DNA of 64,000 nt, from NCBI GenBank assembly GCA_028023455.1, contig JAQFVV010000003.1, forward strand, positions 28,706,001-28,770,000, given 5' to 3'. The notes under the pieces are model-generated. The model saw nothing but the letters and a program-made list of their open reading frames with translations, had not been told where the DNA came from and made no database searches. The DNA comes from Epiperipatus broadwayi. Its lineage: Eukaryota; Animalia; Onychophora. Both the position numbers and the translations under genes were made by a program. This document shows, piece by piece, positions 35,936-48,674 of this stretch. Every line of letters begins with the position of its first letter. The stretch's first letter is position 1.

Positions 35936-37662
35936 ATTCATTTATCCATGTGAATATATACTTATGAGTATATGTGTATAGACATCCATATGGTTTTTTT
36001 TGTTGAATTATTTGGATAGCACAAAGGTAAAGTCACTTTTGAAGTCCACACTTCATTTTATTTATGTATTTTAGAATGAGTACCACCAGATGGCCATGAA
36101 TATTGATGATAATCAGCATTGATGTTATGATCCCAGTATTTTTTTATGTTTATTATTGTGAATATTTTAGCACTTAAATATGTGTGATAGGTTTTACATG
36201 CTCCAAATTTGGCATTGACTTGATGAGGATTAGCCTAGAATTTTATATTATGTCATTATAAAATCTAATCATAAGAAATAACTATTGATTCTTGATAAAT
36301 ATTGCTGGGGATGCTATGTTTATCATTTATAATCACATATGTTATTTATATTATTTATTTCCAATGCTGATTTATGCTTATTTTCTGTGCTGAGTAAAAA
36401 GTGTTGCTTTTAATGATGATGTCTGCCACCCTATATACCTCCTTATTTTATATCATTACAGTATATAAAGTTAGTCATATATTTATGCAGGATTATCCAC
36501 TTTTATGTATTATGATGCTCATTAGCATTTGAAAACAAATCATGATGAACTTTTATTATATATATTTTGTAGAAGTTAGATTTTCCATTTTGAAATCGAA
36601 TGATTAGTTGTTCAGCAGATTAGCATCAAAAGTGATCGATTAAGCTTTGATTTAGAGATTTGTAGTTCTCATGTTCATCTACTGCTGTTATAAATCACAT
36701 ATTAGCAATAAGAATTATCACAATCTCTATGTAATGGAACTATTTAATAAATTTATGTCTTTATACATAGATTGGAAGACAATAAGAGATTTGTTCATAA
36801 TTGAAGAAATAATCATTTGGAATTTCAACTGCTTATATTTAAAACCAATGACTAAGAAACTGAAATTATTAGATTTAAGAACACTAAATATGTATATTAA
36901 GATTATTTACGCAGTTTGTTTCAATCAAGATATTTGAATATACGTGTTCTAGCAATTGCAATTAATAACAAAAAATAGATTAGAGTAACTTTTGTTTTTA
37001 ATCACACTATAAAGATCTTTAAAATTGATGGTAAAGCAGATAGAAATCAGTCCTTACTTTGCGAGAGAATGGTGTAGTGAAAATTATACTACAGATATAT
37101 TATTCATTATAATGGATAATCTCTGGTCTACTAAATGACTAATAAAAATTATTAATATACTCTTAAGCTCAGTTTATATTATGTCATTATTATTGGGCTT
37201 TTTTTAAAAATCATTTTATTTTGTTTCTAACCATTATTGATTCCTTGCTTAAGATAAGTTATTATTATTTTTTGTGTTTCCTTTTATCTTTTATAATCAG
37301 TGTAAATATAGTGTATTGTTAATTTTATATTTTAACATTAGTAATTCATTCTACAGTAAATAGCAAACAAAGTAATCAATGGGAAACAAATAGTAATAAC
37401 AAACACATTGTTAGTATGGATCTGCTGATTTGTTTGGCACTATTAACTGACATTTATTATCTACTCATTCTTACATAAAAAGCTTTACAGTAATTTAGAG
37501 GGGCATACTGCTGCTAATATAGGTGTTAAATTTATGATAAGAGAGTCTAATTATGTTTTGTTTAATATATTTTTCTATGTTTAGGAATTTATGTCCATCC
37601 TCTCCATAATTTCCTAATTAATTGCTTTTTTTTTTTCTAATTACCTTCAGTAACTTAGTATT

Positions 37663-37926
37663 AATTAAAAGATTGAAGTGGAGTTGGGCTGGACATATTG
37701 CTAGAAGAGATGATAATAGATGGACAATTGAAATTTTAAACTGGATTCCAAGAGATTGTAAAAGACCCAGAAAGAGACCACATGTGAGATGGATGGATGA
37801 AATAAGAAAGTGTGCAGGGGTGATGTGGAGAAGAGAAGCTAAAGATCGAAGAAGATGGATTAAACTTGGAGAGACTTTCATCTCGCAGTGGATTGATAAT
37901 GGTTGATGATGATGATGATGATGATG
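37663..37926 (+). mobile_element. RTE-clade LINE 3' fragment with (TGA)n tail and TSD
   Basis: Reads KRLKWSWAGHIARRDDNRWTIEILNWIPRDCKRPRKRPHVRWMD, followed by a tgatgatga tail. An 11-bp direct repeat AACTTAGTATT lies at 37652-37662 and 37927-37937. Confidence 0.92.
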
Positions 37927-38504
37927 AACTTAGTATTTAATCTTATTAATCAACCTACATCTTAAAAGCCTTCAGTTGATTTTTTCTTCTAATTGTTCAT
38001 GTTTCACACTGTAATTCAAATACTTTTAATGATAATACAAGTTACACACAAAGTTGGGTACGTTACATGGTTGCCATTATATGAATAAAACTGTTGTTTA
38101 ATGTTATATATTTTTGCCTTTGTTTAAGTTTAAATCAAGTAGTGCAATATCATAAATGAATTTCATGAACTCCAAGCTAAGGCTTGGTGCTGATGGGATG
38201 ACCGCTAAATGGAAATAAATGAAAATTTGAGTGGTTAGTGATTCTATTATAGATATTAAATAGTGATACCAGCCCAAAATAATAAATATTATAGTAATCT
38301 CAGGTATCATAAGCCTAGTCAATAAGATGAACAGGAAAAAATACTGTTATACAATCAATATTATCAGGAATGTTTTAAAACTGCTAACACCCTTTAATAT
38401 GCTCAGTGTAGATAATGAGTGGCTCAATAAGAGTGGCAAATAATCGCATCATATATATATATATTTGATTCAATACAAATATATTTTTATATACTTGAAG
38501 TTTA

Positions 38505-38732
38505 GATGTAACATAAGGGACTTGAACACAGACTTTCAAGATCTCTTCAGTTATCCCCTCTATCTCATACAACTGATATCACTAACTGGTGAATGCTGGT
38601 TCAGCACAAAATACATATATTGATCATTTATCTCTTTCACATGTGTGTGGTCATATGTATCAATTACGTGATAGAGGGGATAGATGAAGAGGGAGCTTTA
38701 AAGTCTGTGTTCAAGTCCCTTATGGTTACATC
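38505..38732. mobile_element. Diverged family 2 fold-back copy; ~75-bp inverted arms enclosing a decayed hammerhead
   Basis: Arms 38505-38578 and 38658-38732 contain gaacacagactttc / aaagtctgtgttc. The loop has CTGGTGA-ATGCTG-GTT-CAGCAC-AAAATACATAT-A-TTGATC...cacatgtgtgtg. Confidence 0.7.
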
Positions 38733-38740
38733 TATATATA

Positions 38741-38998
38741 TCATTGCTGTACATATGGTGCTGCAATGTATTATGTTGATGGCTGCTCAAGTGAGACCTG
38801 ATCAAATCATTCTATATGTTATCCTGTTACATTTGATGCCATGGGTTCCAATTGATTCTTCACATAGTCATTGCTGTACATATGGTGCTGCAACGTATCA
38901 TGTTGATGGCCGCCCAAGTGAGGCCTGATCAAATCATTCTATATGTTATCCTGTTACATTTGATGCCATGTGTTCCAATTGATTCTTCACATAGTCAT
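38741..38998. repeat. 127-bp tandem duplication
   Basis: TCATTGCTGTACATATGGTGCTGCAA... starts at 38741 and 38868 with a few substitutions. It explains the overlapping ORFs 38593-38928 and 38852-39037. Confidence 0.9.
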
Positions 38999-39149
38999 CT
39001 GGTTAACACACATCAACCAAAGTTAAAGCTCGAATGAATCATCTAAGAAACTGTATGTGTATTCATTATGACGGAATTGTGAGAGGAAGCACAAACTCTG
39101 AGAGAAAATTTGCACTGATTTTGTCAGGATGAGGATGAATTTCTTTTTG

Positions 39150-42100
39150 TCTTAATAGATGCTCCAAAAAGGTGACTTCATGAGTTATGACAGTACTCTT
39201 TTACAGATTGATTTTGATGTTCTTTATGGAAAATGAGTAGTTATAAATGATGATGGTTTTGTTCCATATCTTTTGAGGTGATCACTACATTAGTCATGTA
39301 AAAGATTATAAGGCACTTCACTTTTTCTGACAGTACTTGACAAAGCATCTTAAGAGACCACTACTGTTAATGAGACCAAAGGACATACACTTGAAAACAT
39401 ATATAATCTGGTTACCTGAAAGCCATATATTTTTGATCTTGGGGATTCAGGATTATCTCTCAGTAACTAGAAGTCAGGTCAAAGATTAACAGATGGAGAC
39501 ACATTCTTTCCTGACAGAGTGATGGCATTTAATTTTTTTGTATCGAGGCACAACCTCACAGTTCCATCTTTTTTTTAAAATCAATATCCAGCAGATAGTT
39601 ATATGGCAATGGAAACTTCTCTATAACATCCCATTCTATCAGCTGTTATATTTGCATTTCAACTTTTCTATATTAATAAGATATGGAATATGATCTACTT
39701 TGAAACTGATTTTTCTCTTTTACTCTTATTCTATGAATATATCTATTGAGAATACCCGATTGGTTTGAAATATAACATCTATATATCTTAAAAATTTTCA
39801 CAGTCTTTACATAATATATTGATATCAACATACCTGACTCTTTTAACTTATTTTCAGTGTCAAACTCTGGGATTTTAATGTAATTAATATCCTACCATAT
39901 TCTATTTCTTCATCTTTATATGTCAATGTATTTTCCTTATAATCTAAAGTGTATTGATAGAGACAAAAAAGTCTAATTCCAGGATAATTTCATATATTAA
40001 ATCCAGCATAATCAAAATACATGTTTTGTAGATAAATTACTAATTTGTAGGCTTGACCCATATTTATCTGGTTTCCAGCTTAACATGTTTTCCAATAATG
40101 TCACAATGTTAGAGTAAGGATTTTTATTTCAGTCCCTTCAAGTTTTCTTAATGTTACTTCTGATATAATAAACACCTGCCTTCCAGTATCAATTAATATC
40201 TGCAAATGTATTTCTCCTATCTTTATTCCCACCAACATTTGACAGACTTGTGTCATTTGAAATGCAAAATCTTTGTTATTGTTAAAGATTATATTGGATA
40301 GATAATATCCCCACAATTTCTTATTGCATTTAATGTTCTTACATTTTTCTGGAGAACTCTGAGGTGAGGAATGCTCCATCAAAATTTCTTATTAATTTTT
40401 CTGAACAAATAATTGACTATTCTGACAATGTTGCTTCATCCCAGTTTGAGACTAGTATCTATTTAATTGTTCTTTTCTCCATAGTTTTTGAAAATAAGGT
40501 TTATTTCAAATGAGTGTATTTTTTTTACTTTTCTTTTACGTACTACATTATATCTTAGATCATAGCAAGTATTCATATGATGAGTCTCATTGTGATTCTT
40601 TTCAGCTATGTAAAGCATTGCCAAGTCAATGCACCTAGTAAATTGCCAATCTTTCAATACTCAACCAATTGTAAGACAACATGATGCATTGAACATTTGC
40701 AGGTAAGTCATGCCTTATAAGGTGAATAATATGACTTTCTGACTAGAAAAATAATAAGAGCTCTTACTTTTGCCACCTGCCTCAAAAAGAATTTTGAGAA
40801 GCTTTCACCAATGCCTGTCTTGTATCTTTCTTGAGCCACTTGCTGCAATACATTATTTTGTCACTCTTCATTCTAAATACTTTGGATTATTGCCTCTTTA
40901 TACTGTTTATGATGCTACTACTTTGGGTTCTATTATTTCATGGCTACACCACTTAAATAATGATAAATTTTTTCATTATCTGATAAACTATAAAATGTGA
41001 ATAGTTCAGAAAGTCTACTCAAATAGTCCAATGGATTTTAACATGACATTACTTTGAAGGTTTTCATCCTAACAAACTTAGATAAGGAGTTGTTTGTGTT
41101 GGTGGAATATATTTATTATTCAATTAACCATTCTCTTCTTGAAATTTATTGGTTGGTTATCTATATAGGATTGACTTTCTTTTCTACATCTATTCTGAGT
41201 AATAGGGATTCTCTAATATCCAGAAATCAGAGCCTTGCTCCATCTCAACAATAGTTTTTGGTTCCTTTACTTCAGAATAATTTAGAGATAATGTATGCAT
41301 GTACTCTTCTAATTTATCTATTCTTTCTATGACATCTCCCATTATGTTAGTCTTGAATTTTACAATTTCTATGTCCAGGTTGTCATGTATTACTTGATTA
41401 TATTGTTTTAACATAGCTTTTTATTTCTGATTTATGCTGATCTTTTTGATGTATTTTCCTTTGTTCTATTAATGAGTTTAATTCTTGCAGCTTAACCTGT
41501 TTCACTTCTATATTCTGAGACAGCACTTATAATTCCTTTATCATCACTTCAGGTATCTCATTCATTTTTTGTATTTGTTTGCCTCTGTTTTTTGAGATTT
41601 AACATTTTATTCTTGAACTCCTGAAATTTGTTTACCATGGCTTCCTGTATTTTTTTCCAGCATTTTGTTCATCTTATTTTTATTATTTTTGGATTTTATC
41701 ATATATTTCTATCATTTTTTCTTAAACCTGTACTTGGTTTCTTACACATTTCTCTATATTTCCTCAATCTGTCTATTCATCTTTAGGATCACTTGTTTCA
41801 CCTCCTTTTTGTTCTAATTTTTGCTGTAATTTTTCTATTTTTTGATCAAAATGTTTTTCTATTATTTTTTATCTTCAATTTCATCTGCCATTATCCAATT
41901 TCTGTGTTTTGATTCATTTGCTTTTGGCCATTTTCTCTCTTGATTTAAATATTTTTCTGTTTTAGTTCATTTTCTATATTTTTCATCAAGATATTTCATC
42001 TGCTTTTGTCCATTTTTTATCTTAAATTCACCTTCTTTGTGGATTTTCCATTTTCTCCAATAATATGTTGAACATCTGCATCAGTCCAAGTATGTTAATG

Positions 42101-42290
42101 GTGCAGCATTTTTTCAGGAATTTTTACTTTATTAGTCTGTTTTTGTTTCATTTGCTTATATATCTCATTATTTGGGTCAACATTATCTGTATCAGAACTC
42201 GCTATATCATCTTTCTTTATGATATCTACTTTTTTCTATAGCAATTTTTTAGCCATTTCTCTTCTATCTTTTAATTTTTAATTTACACAC
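39150..42290 (-). mobile_element. Second degenerate Ty3/Gypsy LTR retrotransposon relic (upper boundary approximate)
   Basis: Protease ILIDTG (~40185), RT KKDGTVRLCLDTKKLNAIT (~39560) and FKCMSFGL (~39385), and coiled-coil gag-like pieces at 41190-41414. Confidence 0.75.
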
Positions 42291-42516
42291 ATGTTAGAAA
42301 ACAATCATTGTAAAGTGTCCAATATTTATTTTGATTAATTTTAAACATTAATCTTTCAATTATGTATTATAATGACATGGTTATATGATCAAGCATGCAT
42401 ACTGTAGAATAAATCTCTGCCCTGCAATTCACCCTGCATATAATTCTATGTATGGCTGACTTCCACAAATACAATATATTCATTCATATCATTAGCTTCA
42501 TAGCATTGTCACACAT

Positions 42517-42607
42517 ATAAATTTAGTATGGGATTGTTATAACTAATACAACTTGCAATGATAAATTTAGTATGGGATTGTTATAACTAATACAACTTGC
42601 AATGATA
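42517..42607. repeat. 44-bp tandem duplication
   Basis: ATAAATTTAGTATGGGATTGTTATAACTAATACAACTTGCAATG occurs at 42517 and 42561. Confidence 0.9.
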
Positions 42608-44169
42608 TTTATGTTCGAATCCTGATTTAATAATAACTCAAAAAGGTTGCTCATTTAAGACATCCTAAATTTAATAATAATACTACTTTATTAACTGAAG
42701 TGACCCTTTGAATATAACTCCAAATTTGCAGAACAAAATCATGAATAAATCCACCATATTGATATAATATATTTTAACCATTTAACAGTGATCTTACAAC
42801 TGCATTTATATTATAAAATTAACAGTAATCAAAAGGAAGGTTAATTTATATACAAATGAACTCTGTTGATTTAACTTAAAACTAATAATTATACTATAGT
42901 TATTGTTTTGAATACTTGGACATTTCCCTTTAATTATTTTATATGTGTGTACACTTTTCACGTATTACACCTTTGATTTTATATAACTTTACATATTTGC
43001 TGACAATTTCACATTAAAAAAAACATTCTTCTTCTCTCTCTCATTTTTAAAAAAGATAAAATTTTAACAAATCATATTATATATATATTTTTTAAATATA
43101 TTTTTATTATTATTATTTCAACTGCTTTAAAATGCAATTTGAGTATTTATAGACAGCAACAAGTGCTAATCTTTTTTTTTTATAAAGACATTTACTTCCT
43201 CCTTAAATCAAACAATTAAATAATAATGTTATATATACACTTTATGCACAATAAAATATAGTTTGTTAAAATTAAATTTACGTTAAGATATTGTAAAATA
43301 AAACTTAAATTGCTTAATACATTAAAATGAAGTCTAAACAGTTGTTTTTAAAAAACTATGCAGCAAAAGTTCAGTAGTCAGAATTCTCCACAGTTTATTG
43401 TGAGGATTTTTTTTTGCAGACTATTATTTTTTCCAGGATGGCTTCAATTAATTGATTCCATTTATAATCTTATTCCTGTTCTTATAATTTCTAAAATGTA
43501 CTTTTTGAATCCTCTGTCTTTGAAACTTGAGAGTTACCCCTCCCCCCCATTTTTGAATAATGATTCCTTCAAAACAGCTTAGTCAGGTTTGCAATGGGTC
43601 CAGATTAGATTTCAGCAATTGATTATTTTTTTCTCTTTACTACTGGTCATCCTAATGATGATTCAATGCAGTTTGAATAAAACAGGAATCCAGATTAATT
43701 AATTTCTTGACTATATATAAGTTTTGACCTCTTGTTTTTAATACTGTTGATCTTGTTTTTAACTCCTAATAATAACTTATTTTCAACATTTTTATGACCT
43801 CATTTTATTTTAATTACATGAATTTTAAAACACTCAATTGTTTCTCTCAAATTTTGTTTCAAATCAGGATTAATCTTTTTTATTAACATTTTTAATTTAA
43901 TTATTTTTTAACATTGGTACTGTATATTTAATTGAGTTGTTTTGCTTTGACAAAGAAACAGTTCTAACAGTTTATATAATGTATTAGTTTCTCTTAAATT
44001 TAAAACATTTCATGGACATATCACATTATTTATTATTATTTTAAAATATGACATTTTAATAATTTATTACTTATTATTATATTTAATTCTTTACTTGAAG
44101 CTATTTATTCTATTTTATATAATTTTCTTTAAAACTTTTGAATGCTAATCAGATTACTATCATGTGAGA

Positions 44170-45735
44170 AACTATATTACTGACAGGGAATGAAGAAGAC
44201 ATTTTCATTTCAATATTATTATTACAAATTGAGCAAAATACTATATTTGTCATACAACTTCATGAATCAACTGACAATTTAAATGGTGCTAATTTAATGA
44301 TTTTTGTCAGATATTTATATAATTTGTAAATTCATGAAGGCCTGCTGTTTGTAGAAATCTCTTCAGTGGAATTAAAGAAAGGGATATGTAGGATTTAAAA
44401 AGATGAAAAACTTTTTTTTATAGAAACTGACATTAAATGGCAAAAGTGTATTGAGTTTTGGATTAATCGAGTTGCAGCTATGACTGGCAGGATTTCAAGA
44501 TTTATTGGGGAATTAAAAAAGGTTAGATCGAATACAACATATTTAATGCATTATCAACAAAGAAAACCTAGTATTCTGATACATGGAAGAATCACTTAGT
44601 AAAGTATTATCAGAAGTTTTCATAATGGTTAATTATGTAAAAAATAAATATCGCTAACACAAAAAAACGGTTTTGAATTTTATGCCAAGAGATGGACTTA
44701 ATTATAAATCTCTTGCATTATACAGAAGTAAATGACTATCTTACAATAATGTTCTAAAAAATGAATTACAAATTTTTAATCTCAATAAACATCTCACAGT
44801 ATCTCATTTTTCTGATCAACATTAGATATATTTATTTTACCTGGCAGATTTTTTGAAAAAATAAATGAATCTTTCTCTGCAGGGGGAAAATATCAATACA
44901 TTAACTCTAAACACAAAATTGCTAGCATTTCAAAATGAACTTTATGCATGGTTAAAAAGTTTTAGAATAGTACCACATAAATGTTTGCTTTTCTTCATAA
45001 ATTTCTTGCAGAAAGGAATTTTATTATCATCAGAAAATAAAAGAATAATAATTAACCACATTGCAAATTTGATAATTTTTTTTTTGAAAAATATTTTTCT
45101 AATTTGAATGCAAATAAAAAATGTGACTGGAAAAGAATGCAATTTGCTATATCTCTACAATTAGCGATCTCTCATGATCATCTTAAGAAGAACTAATTGA
45201 CTTGAGAGCAGATTCAAATCTTGAATTGGAATTTTGTAATGAGGATTTTTTAGAATTCTGCATATAGTAAAAAAGAATATCCTTCATTGGCAAACACAAT
45301 CTTAAATATTCTAGTTCTATCCATATCTACATACATATCTTTGCGAAACTGCATTTTCATCACTATTATTAATGAAAAATAATCATAGATCATATTATTA
45401 ATGGAATTATTGAAAAAAATCTAAGAATTGCTTTGTCAAATATTTCACCCAATATTGAATTTTTGTGTAGCAATATTCTAACATATCTACTACATTAATT
45501 TTTTGTTAAAATCTCTTTTGTTGTATTATTCAATTTTTGTTGTAAATATTATTAATGAATTTTGTGTTTTATATTTGTAATTCTTTTATAAATGAAAATA
45601 TAAATAAAATTATTTAATAAACTAAAATAAGTTCAATAAACCTGTATAATAACAGCATATCCCTCTATTAAGAATTTTTTTTCTTTTAGAGGTTGCAAAA
45701 TGACTAGATATCAACGAGTTTGAAAAGCATTAGTC
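44170..45735 (+). mobile_element. Degenerate hAT (Charlie/ZBED5-like) DNA transposon relic
   Basis: Frame-broken pieces AAMTG (~44475), LNLSLQGENI (~44865), KKEYPSLA..I..IL, CETAFS and LRIALSNISPNI (hATC dimerisation region). Confidence 0.75.
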
Positions 45736-46290
45736 TAAATAACTCACTACGAGTTATAGGTACAGCAATAACTTTCATAAATATTGAACATTTTATTAAT
45801 TATTAGCTGTACCTGTGGTTTTGCTTGTGTTATTAGATTAAATGAACGTAATGTAGTTGATAACTAAAATATATTTAAATAATATTTACATGGAATAATA
45901 ATACATAAGCTATAAACAGCAAGTAATGTATTTTTATAAACATTGTTATAGGTTATTTTTAATTGCTGTCGATAACTCGTAAATATTTTTTAAATATATT
46001 TTAATTTTCAACTACATTTCATTGTTTTATTTTACTAATGCAGAATAATAAAAATAAAATAATATAATGCAATTGGTTATTAAAATACATTTAATTTATT
46101 TATATAAAGAAGTTGTTAATGTTTTTTTCATTTTCGATGTATTGAATACCAAATAAAAATTTCCCTCATTAATTTTTTCCACTTCTATATTTACATATTT
46201 CACTTTTGAACTGTAGTTGTACCTTGGTGTTAATAGAAAGTTTGATAATTAAAATATATTTATATCCATTTTTGATTTTTGTTGTAAGGA

Positions 46291-47075
46291 ATCATCATCA
46301 TCATCAACCATTACCAATCCACTGCAGGTTGAAAGTCACTCCAAGTTCAATCCATCTTCTCTGATCATTAGCTTCTCTTCTCCACATCATCCTTGCACAC
46401 TTTCTTATTTCATCCATCCTTCTCACATGTGGTCTCTTTCTGGGTCTTTTGCAATCTCTTGGAATCCAGTTTAAGATTTCAATTGTCCATCTATTATCAT
46501 CTCTTCTAGCAATATGTCCAGACCAACTCCACTTCAGTCTTAATTTTTTCAATGAGGTCAGTAATACCTGTTTGTTCTCTTACCCATATACTGCATTTTC
46601 GATCTCTTCTTGTTACTCCCAACATGCATCTCCCCATACTTATTTAAGTGGTCTGAAGTTTCTGTATTGCTCTTCTATTAAGTGTTCAAGTCTCAGATCC
46701 ATAAGTAAGAACTGATAAAATACGTTTATTAAAAACCTTCCTTTTCAAACACATAGGCACATTTTCTTTTAGTATCAAGTTATTTTTACCAAAAGCACTC
46801 CAACTAAGTTTAATTCTATGATTAATTTTATCCATTATGTTTTCATCTGTATTAATAATCTGACCAAGGTATTTATTTGTAACTGTTAACTTTTTCTAAC
46901 TCATCATAATCAATCTTAATTTTCATATTTTGAGAAAATCCATTAAACATTATTTTAGTCTTTTCGTGTAGCTCTAAAGCATTATTTGCAAAAACTACTA
47001 CATCATCTGCAAAATCTAAATGACTTAAATAATCTCCATTTACTTTCACTCCTTTAGCTTCCCATTTTAATCCAC
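46291..47075 (-). mobile_element. RTE-clade LINE 3' fragment (RT FADD region to tail)
   Basis: Minus strand reads GVKVNGDYLSHLDFADDVVVF, then LKWSWSGHIARRDDNRW, then a (TGA)n tail at 46291-46306. Confidence 0.9.
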
Positions 47076-47551
47076 AAAATAAAATTTTTATTCATTAATT
47101 TTTTTAATTTCTCTAGTTGTTGCCTTGGGTTAGTAGAAAGTTTGATAATTAAAATATATTTACATAATATTTACATGAAATAATTATCAACAGCAGATCA
47201 CAAAAAATATAACTTTTATTAAATACAATAAATAATAATGTTAAAATAAATTATTTTACATTTCTAAAATGTCTCTAAAATTTTTACTTCATAATAAATA
47301 CATGGCCCAAATGAATTTTAAATAATTTAAAATATATTTATTCAGTAAAATTTTATCTGGATTACCAAAAACTAATATCTCTTAATTTCTCTAGTATGTA
47401 TTTTTCAATATACAGGCCATATTCTACTTTATAACGTGAATATACATAAAGAGAAATGCGGGATTCGAACTCAGACTTTCACACAACACACTACTCTCAG
47501 TGCCATCTCATATTGCTGATCCACCTGATCACACACATGTGAAAAGATAAA

Positions 47552-47608
47552 TAATCACCAATATACGTATTTCATGCTAAACCAGCAATCATCAGTTGGT
47601 CCAGATTA
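47552..47608 (-). ncRNA. Type I hammerhead motif, family 2, intact
   Basis: Reverse complement reads TAATC-TGG-ACCAA / CTGATGA / T-TGCT-GGTTT-AGCA-T / GAAATACGTAT-A / TTGGT-GATTA. Confidence 0.85.
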
Positions 47609-48138
47609 CTATCCTCACACATATATATAATCAGTGCTCAGCTTTATATTAAGATAGCCAATCTTTATACTTTAATGGACAGGCTTTAAACTATTTCAAC
47701 TCACAACTCTTCAGCCTTCCATTTTATTGAAAATCTGATGGTGGAACATTCAAAGCCCTTGTTAGTGCCAAGGTTGTCATCCTACACATGTTGACATATT
47801 AGTCATTCTGACCCCTTATGTACGGGAGAATAATCCATTTATACGTACATTTGTGAGGGATGGGCAGACCTTTTACACACTATTTATATAAATTAATACA
47901 TTCTACAGGCTTAAACCTGCATTTATACATGCAATATATGCGGGATTCGAACTCAGACTTTCACACAACCCACTACTCTCAGTGCTATCTCATATTGCTG
48001 ATCCACCTGATCACACACATGTGAAAAGATAAATAATCACCAATATATGAATTTCATGCTAAACCAGCAATCTAAAGTATAAAGATTGGCTATCTTAATA
48101 TAAAGGTGAGCAGTGATTATATATATGTGTGAGGATAG

Positions 48139-48195
48139 TAATCTGGACCAACTGATGATTGCTGGTTTAGCATGAAATACGTATATTGGTGATTA
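48139..48195 (+). ncRNA. Type I hammerhead motif, family 2, intact; predicted cleavage after AUA at 48185
   Basis: Stem I is TAATC/GATTA plus ACCAA/TTGGT with a TGG bulge. CTGATGA starts at 48152, stem II is TGCT/AGCA, GAAA is at 48174-48177, and helix III is the palindrome ATACGTAT. Confidence 0.87.
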
Positions 48196-48219
48196 TCTTT
48201 TCACATGTGTGTGATCAGG

Positions 48220-48282
48220 TGGCTCAGCAATATGAGATGGCACTGAGAGTAATGGGTTGTGTAAAAGTCTGAGTTCGAATCC
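48220..48282 (+). promoter_or_regulatory. tRNA-like internal Pol III promoter (A box / B box) in the family 2 unit
   Basis: TGGCTCAGC at 48220-48228 (A-box-like) and GTTCGAATCC at 48273-48282 (canonical B box). The B box recurs in all four head copies of the array. Confidence 0.6.
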
Positions 48283-48617
48283 TGCATATATTACATATAT
48301 AAATGCAGGTTTAAGCCTGTAGAATGTATTAATTTATATAAATAGTGTGTAAAAGGTCTGCCCATCCCTCGCACATGTATGTATAAATGGATTATTCTCC
48401 TGTACATGAGGGGTCAGAATGACTAATATGTCAACATGGGTAGGATGACAATCTTGGCACTAACAAGGGCTTTGAACGTTCCACCATCAGATTTTCAATG
48501 AAATGGAAGGCTGAAGAGTTGTGAGTTTGGAATAGTTTGAAGCCTGTCCATTAAAGTATAAAGATTGGCTATCTTAATATAAAGCTGAGCACTGATTATA
48601 TATATGTGTGAGGATAG

Positions 48618-48674
48618 TAATCTGGACCAACTGATGATTGCTGGTTTAGCATGAAATATGTATATTGGTGATTA
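48618..48674 (+). ncRNA. Type I hammerhead motif, family 2; predicted cleavage after 48664
   Basis: Same fold 479 nt downstream, with helix III ATATGTAT (one C>T in the palindrome). Confidence 0.8.
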
